A program made the position numbers and the translations under genes. From the sequence record MZ561532: 64,000 bases of DNA; one strand, written 5' to 3'. This stretch comes from Shigella phage PSD9. The notes under the pieces were generated by a model, which was not told the origin of the DNA, searched no databases, and worked only from the letters and a program-made list of their open reading frames with translations. Of the stretch, positions 18,529 to 30,550 are shown piece by piece. How positions within the stretch are numbered: the stretch's first letter is position 1; each line of letters begins with the position of its first letter.

Positions 18529-18807
18529 TTAAATTGCTTCGACAACTACCGTTTGTTTCTGGAAGTCCATTTTGCATGAAATAGCCAAAATGTGGTTATC
18601 AATTTTAAATGGAACAATTGCAATTGCTGCACCAGGCGTGAGTTGAACAGTGATTGCATCAACCGCATCCGGGAACATGATTTCCAGAATAGCAGACAAA
18701 CGACCATGCACCTTTAGTTCAGTCGACGTGTCGACGGGTTCGTATAGGTAATCAGATACAATCTGACTAAAAACGGTTTTAACAATTTCAGAATAAGTAG
18801 GGAACAT
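18529..18807 (-). CDS. hypothetical protein
   Basis: 92-aa ORF. Confidence 0.4.
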   Translation of the reverse strand: MFPTYSEIVKTVFSQIVSDYLYEPVDTSTELKVHGRLSAILEIMFPDAVDAITVQLTPGAAIAIVPFKIDNHILAISCKMDFQKQTVVVEAI

Positions 18808-18814
18808 AATAACC

Positions 18815-19030
18815 TCAGTGTACTGTATGGACCTTCACGTTAACAATAAACCTGTCAACGACTTCAGTCAGAGGAACGAACTCAACATAGTACTCGCCTT
18901 TGTAACGTTCATTGAGGTCATTACGAAGGGCTGCTAGTGAGTTAATGAGGGCAGGAGACATATTCAGACCTACCAATTTCTGAAGCTCTTTATAAGCTTC
19001 TTCTTCAACTTCATGGTGTTTGTTATACAT
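18815..19030 (-). CDS. hypothetical protein
   Basis: Start set at internal ATG (MYNKHHE...), which overlaps stop of upstream ORF by 8 nt. Confidence 0.35.
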   Translation of the reverse strand: MYNKHHEVEEEAYKELQKLVGLNMSPALINSLAALRNDLNERYKGEYYVEFVPLTEVVDRFIVNVKVHTVH

Positions 19031-19219
19031 AATGTTCTTCCAAGAAGGCAAGGAGTTCAGGAGCGGATTTAAAAATACCACCATCGACCTTGTCTTCATC
19101 TTTATAGTCCATTACATCCAGGCCAATACGTCCATCAGTTAAAGGCCATACGCCAAAGAAAAAGCATTTACGTTTTTCAATTTCTTCGATTGTACGAAAA
19201 ATCTTTTCGATATTATTCA

Positions 19220-19220
<1 letters not shown>
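19023..19220 (-). CDS. hypothetical protein
   Basis: 65-aa ORF immediately downstream of pseT. Confidence 0.4.
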
Positions 19221-20420
<1,200 letters not shown>

Positions 20421-20424
<4 letters not shown>

Positions 20425-20903
20425 ACACCAAGTTCCTTATAAAGTTCTTCACGGCAAGTTTTAAGGGTTTTACCTGATTCGTAAGCAACACTTTCAGGAA
20501 CATCACCGAGGGTTACTGCGGATTGCATTTGTCCATGGCGTTTAGCCGCATATTCAAAACTTTTTACTAGCTCGCGAATACGTTCTTTTTCATTGTACTC
20601 TTCAATGAATTCAGGGTATTCCCAAACCGGGCGCATCATACGATACCACTGTTGGACGGTAATATAATTACTTCCATTCAAATTAATAATCTGCGAAGGC
20701 TCAATAGACCCTGGAGCATAAAAAGATACCTGTCTTACTACATCAATACCGTCTACCATAGCCCAAGCAAAATCGAAAGTTGCCTTCTTTTCAATTGGTG
20801 TACTTGCACAGGACCCTAATTTTAAGAGCTTTTGTAATACAGGAGATTTAACGCCTGAAATGTATTCAGGCTTAGCCACAAAACTGTTATCATGTAAAGT
20901 CAT
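20421..20903 (-). CDS. hypothetical protein
   Basis: Start set at internal ATG (MTLHDNSF...) with GAGGAA SD, downstream of promoter 20938-20967. Confidence 0.4.
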
Positions 20904-20937
20904 AATAATTTCCTCGATTTTTATAATCCGTAGGAGC

Positions 20938-20967
20938 ATTATACTCTGCTCCCATGAGTTTGTAAAC
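20938..20967 (-). promoter_or_regulatory. T4-type early promoter (GTTTAC-N18-TATAAT)
   Basis: Consensus -10 TATAAT flanked by inverted repeat GGAGCA/TGCTCC; -35 GTTTAC. Confidence 0.45.
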
Positions 20968-21074
20968 TACTTTCCGAAAAGACCGCCAATACATATACTA
21001 ATCAGAATTCCAAAACAAAAGCAGACAAAACCAAATCTAACAATATCCCATCCATCAGTACACGCTTCAATCAT
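20967..21074 (-). CDS. possible small hydrophobic peptide, 35 aa (not in ORF track)
   Basis: ATG overlaps o-spanin stop (ATGA); hand translation MIEACTDGWDIVRFGFVCFCFGILISICIGGLFGK; no independent support. Confidence 0.25.
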   Translation of the reverse strand: MIEACTDGWDIVRFGFVCFCFGILISICIGGLFGK

Positions 21075-21361
21075 TTGCACTTCTCCTCTTTTAGACCGGA
21101 ACGATAATAACATAACATAGATTTCTGGTCTTGTACATATCTTTTTACATCATTCAACCAAATACGATGTTCTTGGGAATCTTCAAATGGCATTCCAACC
21201 CAAGCTTTACCATCGATTACTTTAACCTGCCATTTAACATTATGTTCGGCGATAGGTTGTGGCCACGAAGGATGTAGTTGTTGCTTAGGCACTACAGGGA
21301 TGTCCTGGGCACATCCAACTAACAAGCCAATAGATAATACTACTACAGATAATTTAATCAT
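21071..21361 (-). CDS. o-spanin (outer-membrane lipoprotein)
   Basis: Signal peptide with lipobox LLVGC; 96 aa; ATGA-coupled to upstream i-spanin-like gene; T4 pseT.2 position. Confidence 0.55.
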   Translation of the reverse strand: MIKLSVVVLSIGLLVGCAQDIPVVPKQQLHPSWPQPIAEHNVKWQVKVIDGKAWVGMPFEDSQEHRIWLNDVKRYVQDQKSMLCYYRSGLKEEKCK

Positions 21362-21711
21362 TCTGTAATGCTCCTGAAGTCTTCTGTAAAGGAATCGAAG
21401 GACTTGTTGATTTGTTTTTCGACCAATCCTGGCTTACTTGCCACCACGTGCGCCTTCTTCGAATCTTTACGGAGCTTTTCATTTTCTACCTTAATTTTAT
21501 CCATTCGGGCATTCATTTCAGTAGTACGGAATTCAATATCAGAGTATTGACCACGAAGGTCCTCTACAGCTTCAGCGTTCTGTTTAGCTGTTTGCTGGGT
21601 TGTTTTCAGTTCTTCGGTAAGGGTATCAATACGGCTTGATTGATACGAAATAAAACCATAAGCACCTACTGCAATGGCTCCAGCTAAAAGGTAAATACTT
21701 AATTTAGACAT
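21358..21711 (-). CDS. i-spanin (N-terminal TM anchor plus coiled coil)
   Basis: N-terminal hydrophobic segment LLAGAIAVGAYGFI then charged helical region; 117 aa; T4 pseT.3 position. Confidence 0.55.
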   Translation of the reverse strand: MSKLSIYLLAGAIAVGAYGFISYQSSRIDTLTEELKTTQQTAKQNAEAVEDLRGQYSDIEFRTTEMNARMDKIKVENEKLRKDSKKAHVVASKPGLVEKQINKSFDSFTEDFRSITE

Positions 21712-22199
21712 TTGGTAATAATCTCGATGATGTCATCACGTGACAGGGAATTAATAAGAACCGTTTTAGGATTTTCACACTGAATTTTATACGTTTCAAA
21801 CATAAAACATAATTCTTCAGCAGTATGGTAAGGACTTGAAATGCCAAGGCGATTAAACTTGTCGCTTAATGGGTCGCAAATCAAATAGAACGTGATGCCT
21901 GAGATTTTAACATTAGGTTGGCTAATATTAATAAACACCTCGGCATCGTATTTGGAAAGGTTGTTTTGGAGAAACTCGACCATAGAGTTAACAGCTTGAG
22001 GCATTGCTTCACGCTTTTCTTCAGCGTAACGGGTAGAGTATTCTTTTTGCTTGATTTTCTTTTTAGCATTTTTAGCTAAAGTAACACGAAGATCGGTCAG
22101 GTAACCTACTGCACGAGAACCTTTAAAAACTTGGATGCCGTCAGTAGAGTCACCAAAAGCCTTAACAACCATTTCGTTAGTAATCATTTGCATATTCAT
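21699..22199 (-). CDS. hypothetical protein, Alc-like by position
   Basis: 166 aa (T4 Alc 167 aa) between spanins and rnlA; sequence not independently recognised. Confidence 0.35.
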   Translation of the reverse strand: MNMQMITNEMVVKAFGDSTDGIQVFKGSRAVGYLTDLRVTLAKNAKKKIKQKEYSTRYAEEKREAMPQAVNSMVEFLQNNLSKYDAEVFINISQPNVKISGITFYLICDPLSDKFNRLGISSPYHTAEELCFMFETYKIQCENPKTVLINSLSRDDIIEIITKCLN

Positions 22200-22229
22200 T
22201 TTGTTTTCTCCTCATTAGTTGGTAAGTCT

Positions 22230-22258
22230 ATACTAACACGTCATGAGGAGATGTAAAC
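22230..22258 (-). promoter_or_regulatory. T4-type early promoter (GTTTAC-N17-TAGTAT)
   Basis: -35 overlaps rnlA stop codon; GAGGAG SD before the downstream gene. Confidence 0.45.
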
Positions 22259-23406
22259 TACTCTACCACAATTTCTTTCAAATATTTTTCAGGGATTTGG
22301 GCCTTATGATTTTTCAAGAACACAGAGTTAATCTGGTCCATGACCGTATCATAATTAATACCGCCTACGTACGCCTGCATAAGAATAGAGAACAACCCTG
22401 GGAAGTCCTTAAGGATTAGCTGTCCAGTAACGGCATAGTCTTTACGGTCGCGACCTTTGAGTTGAGAGTAAGCTGCTTCTAACAAGGCTAATGATTGTTC
22501 TAGGTAATCTAAATGGATGCGTTCAAAGGCATCGATTTTCTCGATAGCAAAGGAATCTGTACTGAACAGACCACGAAGGTCATCAGTTCCACCAGCCACT
22601 ACAACTTCAAACAAACGTTCGTTGTTGTTAATGGAATCTTTGGTATGATGCAGTGCACTGTACCAGGCGGTTTTGAGTTTAAAGAACGTACCATCTTTCA
22701 GTACAAAGATGAAACCTTCAATGCCTTCTTGCTTACGGATGTTTTCTACGAAATCGCCCTCAGCGAGCTCATAGCTTTCAACCAAATGCTTACGCAGTGC
22801 GCCGTCCTTAAACAATTCCGCATACGGAATATATTCACCCGTTTCATTATTACGAACGTTCAACAGGATGAGGTTCGTTTCTTGGTAAGCCAGCACAATA
22901 CGGTTAGTAGGTGCAACATATTCAAGGTTGCAGGTATACCCGGCTTTGGTGATTTCTTCTAGACGTGCGGCAAAAGCCTCGTTCTCAGGTAGACGAAGGA
23001 AACGTAAAGAATCATGCACCATTGATGAATGGATAGAGCCTTTAGATTTAACAGAAAGATATTGTCGGTCCATGAATGTAGAAATCAGAGAACCGTCTTC
23101 CTTAGCCATTACGAGGTCAATATTTTCCGGCGACAAATCCAGACCGATGGTCATAGGGTTTTCGTCGAGGTTAAAGAACTTTTGCATAGGACGAGCAGCA
23201 ATACGTACTGGACCTTTCTCGTCCATTTCAAACATAATGCCTCGGCACTCTAGTGCGCCGTCTTCCAACCAATCACTGTATGATGCGTAGTTATAACTAA
23301 AGATGCGATAGTTGACTCCTAGAGCACTCTGAAAGTCTTTAAAGAAGAACTTAGATTTAGTCGAGTTTTTAACCAGGGCCATCAAGTTATCATATAATTC
23401 AATCAT
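22258..23406 (-). CDS. rnlA: RNA ligase 1
   Basis: Strong resemblance to T4 Rnl1 including the adenylation lysine in KEDGSL and RIFSYNYASYSDW; 382 aa. Confidence 0.85.
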   Translation of the reverse strand: MIELYDNLMALVKNSTKSKFFFKDFQSALGVNYRIFSYNYASYSDWLEDGALECRGIMFEMDEKGPVRIAARPMQKFFNLDENPMTIGLDLSPENIDLVMAKEDGSLISTFMDRQYLSVKSKGSIHSSMVHDSLRFLRLPENEAFAARLEEITKAGYTCNLEYVAPTNRIVLAYQETNLILLNVRNNETGEYIPYAELFKDGALRKHLVESYELAEGDFVENIRKQEGIEGFIFVLKDGTFFKLKTAWYSALHHTKDSINNNERLFEVVVAGGTDDLRGLFSTDSFAIEKIDAFERIHLDYLEQSLALLEAAYSQLKGRDRKDYAVTGQLILKDFPGLFSILMQAYVGGINYDTVMDQINSVFLKNHKAQIPEKYLKEIVVE

Positions 23407-23816
23407 TGCTTTATCCTATGTTGGGTATTCCAAGGTGGATTAAATTTCTTTATGAACATTGGCTCTTCAAGAGACATGGTCTCAACTGACATAGTTCCAA
23501 GTTCGTTAGTCATCGACAGATTAAAGCACTGCCGTGCATAGAACTCTACCTTTTTACCTGCCATTAATGCTTCATGAATCAGAATGGACTTGGTCGAATC
23601 TGACGTTTGGTCCTTACGATTAATAGCGGTTCGGTAGTAGTTGATGCGCTTACGAAGATTTTTAGTCTTCCCGATGTAGACTAGTATATCATCAACCGCT
23701 ATAGCATATATGACATTTTGTTTATTTGGTACTGTGAGTGGAGCAATGCTGGCGTCATCTTGGAGTTCTAGGGTGACGTACTTGATAAAGCTAAATTCGT
23801 CTGCGATTTCTTTCAT
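23403..23816 (-). CDS. denA: endonuclease II (GIY-YIG family)
   Basis: Start set at MKEIADEFSFIKY matching T4 DenA; GIY-YIG-like VYIGKT...RINYY; track N-terminal extension is the intergenic hairpin. Confidence 0.8.
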   Translation of the reverse strand: MKEIADEFSFIKYVTLELQDDASIAPLTVPNKQNVIYAIAVDDILVYIGKTKNLRKRINYYRTAINRKDQTSDSTKSILIHEALMAGKKVEFYARQCFNLSMTNELGTMSVETMSLEEPMFIKKFNPPWNTQHRIKQ

Positions 23817-23824
23817 AGCAATAA

Positions 23825-23838
23825 GGGGCCGAAGCCCC
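23825..23838 (-). terminator. intercistronic hairpin GGGGC-UUCG-GCCCC
   Basis: Between nrdB stop and denA start; short U-rich tail (UUAUU). Confidence 0.4.
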
Positions 23839-23843
23839 ATTCC

Positions 23844-25022
23844 TTAAAAATATTTCTTGTACGATGCCATTACTTTTTCATCGACATCGTTATCAATTTG
23901 TGCTACAAGGTAAGAACTGATTTCCACTTCCTGAGGAGCAGCCTGTACAGCATCAGAGTTCAGGTATTCGCGAATCCAAGGATAAGGATGGCGGGCAGGA
24001 GCATCGGTAATAGGACACGGTAAGCCACATTGCTTCATACGAGAAACTGTCAGGTAATCGACAAAAGCACCCATGTTCTGAGTATTTAATCCAGGGCAAG
24101 TACCATCTTTGAACAGGTGAGCTGCCCATTCTTTTTCTTGACGGTTAACTTCCATGAAAATATCAACTGCTTCTTGTTCACACTCTTGAGCAATTTTAAC
24201 CCATTCATCACCATCAGTACCAAGTTGAAGTTGACGAATAATGTACTGGGTACCCTTAAGGTGAAGCTGTTCATCACGTGCAATGAACTTCATAATCTTA
24301 GCATTACCTTCCATGATTTCCATGTTTTTATGGAAGTTAAAGGTGCATGCGAAAGATACATAAAAACGAATAGCTTCCAATGCGTTGATTACATGAAGGC
24401 AAAGGTAAAGGGATTTCATTAGCTCACGCTTCCAATACATCTCATGCTCAATAGCATCTTCAATATCGTCTTCGTCTGCATTAATTTCTTTTTGGTATTC
24501 GATATCAGCTTTAGCATTCTGCCAATAGCGAGTTTTCTCAATAACGTCGTCGTAATAACGACCAATAGATTCAGCACGTTTCATAATAGCGTCATCTAAC
24601 AGAATTTCATCAAATACCTTTGACGGGTCTGTATAGAGGTTACGCATGATATGGGTATATGAACGAGAGTGAATAGTCTCACTAAAGGTCCATGTAGCCA
24701 CCCATGTATCAAGGCTAGGGTCTGAAATCAAGGCTTGAAGTGCAGCAGAAGGAGCACGTCCTTGGATACTATCCAGAAGTGATTGATACTTCAGATTATT
24801 GGTAAAAATATTTTGCTGGAATTGTGGAAGCTTATTAAACTGGGCAGCATCCATCATCAAGTTAACTTCCTCTGGACGCCAGAAAAAACTCAACTGCTTC
24901 TCACAAAGCTCTTCGAATACTTTATGGCGTTGGATATCATAACGAGCAATACCCAATCCTGAACCAAAGAACATCGGTTCGACTAAAACATCAACTGGGG
25001 TGGTATTAAAAACTGTAGACAT
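23844..25022 (-). CDS. nrdB: ribonucleotide reductase small subunit
   Basis: Near-identical to T4 NrdB; start set at MSTVFNT; uninterrupted reading frame, so no intron. Confidence 0.9.
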   Translation of the reverse strand: MSTVFNTTPVDVLVEPMFFGSGLGIARYDIQRHKVFEELCEKQLSFFWRPEEVNLMMDAAQFNKLPQFQQNIFTNNLKYQSLLDSIQGRAPSAALQALISDPSLDTWVATWTFSETIHSRSYTHIMRNLYTDPSKVFDEILLDDAIMKRAESIGRYYDDVIEKTRYWQNAKADIEYQKEINADEDDIEDAIEHEMYWKRELMKSLYLCLHVINALEAIRFYVSFACTFNFHKNMEIMEGNAKIMKFIARDEQLHLKGTQYIIRQLQLGTDGDEWVKIAQECEQEAVDIFMEVNRQEKEWAAHLFKDGTCPGLNTQNMGAFVDYLTVSRMKQCGLPCPITDAPARHPYPWIREYLNSDAVQAAPQEVEISSYLVAQIDNDVDEKVMASYKKYF

Positions 25023-25075
25023 GTTATTCTCATTTGTTAGTGACTCATCCATGAGTCAATTATAATCAGATTTTA

Positions 25076-27331
25076 TTAAAGCTTACAAGCTGCACAATCG
25101 TCGGCTTTAGGAGTTTCGATTTCATAGTCATCAGTACCAGAGCCATCACGGGTATTATGATAGTAAAGGTTCTTACCACCGTAGTACCAGAAATACAGCA
25201 GGTCATCAAGCATTACCGACATCGGAACTTTTCCTTTTGGAAAAATCTGTGGGTCATAATATGTATTAGCTGATGCCGATTGACACACCCATTTCAACGC
25301 TATTGCCACTTGGGTAAGATAAGGTTTATTACCTTTCTTAGCGAGGCTCCAAGCGTAATCGTAGAGTCCTTGGTTATGTTCTACATTAGGAACTACCTGA
25401 CGGAAGTTACCTTCTTTAGATTCTTTAATACTTACCGGACCACGTGGAGGTTCGATACCGTTTGTAGAGTTGGAAACCTGGCTGCTTGATTCACACGGCA
25501 TAAGTGCTGATAATGTGCTATTACGGATGCCATGTTTAGCCAAGTCTTCCCGCAACGACGTCCAGTCACAAACATAGTTAGGGGCTGCGATTTGGTCAAT
25601 CTTTTTATTGTACCAGTCGATAGGTAATTCGCCTCGAGACCATTTAGTGTCTGAATAATACTCGCAATGTCCTTTTTCTTCGGCCAGCTTGATTGATGCT
25701 CGGATAAGTCCATATTGTAATCTCTCAAACAATTCATGAGTTAAATCGTTAGCGTCTTCATAAGAAGCAAAGTTGCTTGCTAACCAAGCGGCGTAGTTCG
25801 TAACACCAATACCCAGATTACGACGTTTCTTAGCCTTCAGAGCTTCAGGAACAGGATAATCTTGGTAGTCCAACAGGTTATCAAGTGCACGTACCTGGAC
25901 TTCAGCAAGTTCGTTGATTTTGTCTTGGTCCTGCCAATCGAAGTTATCCAGCACAAATGCGGACAACGTACACAATCCGATTTCAGCGTCTGGACTATTC
26001 ACATCAGTAGTCGGGATAGCAATTTCACAACACAAGTTACTCTGACGAATAGGAGCTTTCTCACGAATAAATGGTGTGAAGTTATTAGTGTTATCGACGA
26101 ACTGAGGATAAATTCGTGCAGTGCCTGAACGTTCAGTCATGAACAATTCAAAGAGGTCGCGTGCTTTAATACGTTTCTTACGAATACTAGGGTCTTTTTC
26201 AGCCGCTTCATACAATTCACGGAAACGGTCTTGGTCTTTGAAATAAGAATAATAAAGCTCACCACTCATTTCATGAGGACTAAACAGAGTAATGTAATCA
26301 TTCTTACCGAAACGTTCCATCATCAGGTCGTTCAACTGGATTCCATAGTCCATATGACGAATACGGTTCTCATCGACACCTTTGTTGTTTTTCAGAACGA
26401 GCAGATTTTCAACTTCCAAATGCCAAATAGGATAATAAGCAGTAGCAGCGCCGCCACGGATTCCACCTTGTGAACATGATTTAACAGCAGTCTGGAAATG
26501 TTTCCAGAATGGAATAACACCGGTATGTTTGACTTCACCCATGCCAATACGAGAACCTTCAGCACGAATCATACCAACGTTGATACCAATACCTGCACGT
26601 TTAGAAATGTATTCAATTATTGAGTTAGCAGTTTTGTTAATAGATTTCAGCGAGTCGCCTGCTTCAATAACCACACAAGAACTAAATTGACGGGTTGGTG
26701 TACGTGCTCCAGCCATAATAGGAGTCGGTAATGAAACCTGACGGGTACTTACAGCATCATAAAAACGAATAATATGTGCTAAACGATTACCCGGCTCGTC
26801 TTGGTGTAAGGCCATACCAATACACATGATAGCGAACTGAGGGGTTTCGTAGATTTTACCCGTAGTCTTATCTTTAACCAGATATTTCTCTTTAAGCTGC
26901 ATCGCACCAGCATAAGTCAATTCGAAATCGCGTTCATGCTTGATATGAGATTCTAAGAAAGTAATTTCTTCTGCAGAATATCGAGACAGCAATTCAGGGT
27001 CATATTTACCTTCGTTAACACAATAGGAAATATGGTCGATAAAACTACGTGGTTCGAACTGCCCATAAACTTCTTTACGCAGTGCAAACATCAATTCTTT
27101 TGCAGCAACATATTGGTAATCAGGCTCTTCAACCGAGATAAGGTTGGCTGCTACCTTAACAGTCAGATTTTGGATATCTTTGGTAGTCATACCGTCACGA
27201 AGATGGGATTTGATTTCTTCGTATAATTCATAGGGGTCGATTTGGGTTCCTTCACAGCCCCAAGTCAGAACTTTAATAATTTTTTGTGCGTCAAAATCTT
27301 GGGATACACCACTACTTTTTTGTACTTGCAT
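25076..27331 (-). CDS. nrdA: ribonucleotide reductase large subunit
   Basis: 751 aa class Ia RNR alpha with active-site NLCCE context and C-terminal CAACKL tail. Confidence 0.9.
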   Translation of the reverse strand: MQVQKSSGVSQDFDAQKIIKVLTWGCEGTQIDPYELYEEIKSHLRDGMTTKDIQNLTVKVAANLISVEEPDYQYVAAKELMFALRKEVYGQFEPRSFIDHISYCVNEGKYDPELLSRYSAEEITFLESHIKHERDFELTYAGAMQLKEKYLVKDKTTGKIYETPQFAIMCIGMALHQDEPGNRLAHIIRFYDAVSTRQVSLPTPIMAGARTPTRQFSSCVVIEAGDSLKSINKTANSIIEYISKRAGIGINVGMIRAEGSRIGMGEVKHTGVIPFWKHFQTAVKSCSQGGIRGGAATAYYPIWHLEVENLLVLKNNKGVDENRIRHMDYGIQLNDLMMERFGKNDYITLFSPHEMSGELYYSYFKDQDRFRELYEAAEKDPSIRKKRIKARDLFELFMTERSGTARIYPQFVDNTNNFTPFIREKAPIRQSNLCCEIAIPTTDVNSPDAEIGLCTLSAFVLDNFDWQDQDKINELAEVQVRALDNLLDYQDYPVPEALKAKKRRNLGIGVTNYAAWLASNFASYEDANDLTHELFERLQYGLIRASIKLAEEKGHCEYYSDTKWSRGELPIDWYNKKIDQIAAPNYVCDWTSLREDLAKHGIRNSTLSALMPCESSSQVSNSTNGIEPPRGPVSIKESKEGNFRQVVPNVEHNQGLYDYAWSLAKKGNKPYLTQVAIALKWVCQSASANTYYDPQIFPKGKVPMSVMLDDLLYFWYYGGKNLYYHNTRDGSGTDDYEIETPKADDCAACKL

Positions 27332-27349
27332 AATTTCCTCAATATGTTA

Positions 27350-27377
27350 GGTTCTATAATTATTCTATCATAGAACC
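27350..27377 (-). other. hairpin (8-bp stem GGUUCUAU/AUAGAACC) just 5' of the nrdA SD
   Basis: Inverted repeat with 12-nt loop, a few nt upstream of the nrdA ribosome-binding site. Confidence 0.4.
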
Positions 27378-27397
27378 TGTTAAGCATGGACTGATAT

Positions 27398-27691
27398 TTA
27401 TAGGTCTTCTAATGAGAACGTGTCTTTGAAAAGTTTGTTAACAACCAGGGCTATCACATCCCCATGACAGTCCTTAGGTTTACAGGTACACGCTATACGC
27501 ATACCTCTAAGGGTTTCAAGATGTTCTCTTTTAATTTCACCTGATTTTATTTTAGCAATAAAGTATTCTTTAAAGTTCTTGATGTTTTCCTCACGGGTTC
27601 CATCTTTAAATGGATTACCCCACATAGTTCCACGTTGGATATTGACATCAAAATCTTCTTTATACTTGTTAACAACTCTACAGACTCTCAT
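27398..27691 (-). CDS. hypothetical small protein with cysteine/histidine cluster
   Basis: 97 aa with WGNPF and CTCKPKDCHGD motifs suggesting a zinc site; no family assigned. Confidence 0.4.
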   Translation of the reverse strand: MRVCRVVNKYKEDFDVNIQRGTMWGNPFKDGTREENIKNFKEYFIAKIKSGEIKREHLETLRGMRIACTCKPKDCHGDVIALVVNKLFKDTFSLEDL

Positions 27692-27752
27692 TATAGCACC
27701 AAATTCAGCCCGACCATAATAACCAAAAACAGAGTACAGATTATTTGAATTT

Positions 27753-29441
<1,689 letters not shown>

Positions 29442-29466
29442 TTTATTCTCCTTAGTTGATAAGGCT

Positions 29467-29496
29467 ATAGTATCACTACCATAGCCTGGTGTAAAC
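29467..29496 (-). promoter_or_regulatory. T4-type early promoter (GTTTAC-N18-TACTAT)
   Basis: Conserved cassette; inverted repeat GGCTAT/ATAGCC brackets the -10. Confidence 0.45.
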
Positions 29497-29724
29497 TTAT
29501 TTTTGAATTAAGCCCATATAAAATTTAGCGTCTTCCGGGTGCATACCGTCACAATACTCGTCAGCCATAAAGCGGGTAAGGTCTTCAAGAGGACCTTGGA
29601 CTTCAATTTGCATACTACAGAATTGGGTATCTTTAATATGGGTCATAACTAAAGAAGGATAACGATTACGGATAACTTCGTAAGTGTATTCAAAATCAAC
29701 GATATCAATATTAACCTTAGCCAT
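29497..29724 (-). CDS. hypothetical protein
   Basis: Start set at internal ATG (MAKVNIDIV...) with GAGG SD. Confidence 0.4.
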   Translation of the reverse strand: MAKVNIDIVDFEYTYEVIRNRYPSLVMTHIKDTQFCSMQIEVQGPLEDLTRFMADEYCDGMHPEDAKFYMGLIQK

Positions 29725-29756
29725 TTTATTTTCCTCACTCATTAGTTGATAGGTCT

Positions 29757-29785
29757 ATAGTATCATGTTTAAAGGCATTGTAAAC
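29757..29785 (-). promoter_or_regulatory. T4-type early promoter (GTTTAC-N17-TACTAT)
   Basis: Conserved cassette GTTTAC...TACTATAGACCTATCAACTAATGAG. Confidence 0.5.
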
Positions 29786-29787
29786 AC

Positions 29788-30048
29788 TTATTTTTGAATT
29801 TTATCAAGCCATTTACCAAGCTTAATCATTTCTTTGGTAGCTTTTTCCATACTTCTAAATTTAACCAGTAAAGGTTGGGCATCAACACCCATAACTAAGG
29901 TGGTTACAAGACTATGTTCACCTACAAGCCATAATGAATAAGTTTGGATATCGAGCCCGTAATTTCGGTCTTTATGAACTCGTACACCCATCACTTCAAA
30001 TTTCTCACTGGCTTTTTCTACTGCATCCAGGAAATCATCTTTAGTCAT
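29788..30048 (-). CDS. hypothetical protein
   Basis: Start set at internal ATG (MTKDDFL...) 1 nt after upstream stop. Confidence 0.4.
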   Translation of the reverse strand: MTKDDFLDAVEKASEKFEVMGVRVHKDRNYGLDIQTYSLWLVGEHSLVTTLVMGVDAQPLLVKFRSMEKATKEMIKLGKWLDKIQK

Positions 30049-30049
30049 A

Positions 30050-30439
30050 TTAGGCCTTAAAAGTTTTTTGCAAAAGTTCAATGATTTGGTCAACGTTCTG
30101 TTCGGTGACAATGCAATGGATTTGAGTCACACCGGCCTTAGCAATAGGCTCATCGATTTCTTTATCTTCCACAACATATTCACGGAAGCAATAGAACTCG
30201 TCTTCATGCAACTCAAAATAATTTGGCACCAACCCAACTTCATTATAAATCTCGCCGTTAGCGCATTCGATTTCAGTCACAAATTTGTCGCCATCCATAG
30301 TCACCATATCCTTTACTTCAAACCAACCGCCGTTGTCTTGGATAAGGCCGACCATGCTTTTATTATTTTCATATTCGTCCATTTCAATAAAGTCTTTAAT
30401 GCATTCAGGACGAAGTTCATAAGTTTTACCGATTTCCAT
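30050..30439 (-). CDS. hypothetical protein
   Basis: 129-aa acidic ORF with GAGGAAA SD; first gene after promoter 30470-30498. Confidence 0.45.
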   Translation of the reverse strand: MEIGKTYELRPECIKDFIEMDEYENNKSMVGLIQDNGGWFEVKDMVTMDGDKFVTEIECANGEIYNEVGLVPNYFELHEDEFYCFREYVVEDKEIDEPIAKAGVTQIHCIVTEQNVDQIIELLQKTFKA

Positions 30440-30469
30440 TTTTATTTCCTCATGTAGTTGATAGGGTCT

Positions 30470-30498
30470 ATAGTATCATGTTTAAAGGCGTTGTAAAC
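30470..30498 (-). promoter_or_regulatory. T4-type early promoter (GTTTAC-N17-TACTAT)
   Basis: Conserved cassette immediately downstream of the gene 32 terminator. Confidence 0.5.
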
Positions 30499-30514
30499 CA
30501 TTAAATGCCAAAAA

Positions 30515-30534
30515 GGGAAGACCGAAGTCTTCCC
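30515..30534 (-). terminator. intrinsic terminator downstream of gene 32
   Basis: GGGAAGAC-UUCG-GUCUUCCC followed by UUUUUGG on minus RNA. Confidence 0.6.
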
Positions 30535-30550
30535 ATTATAAATCAATAAC

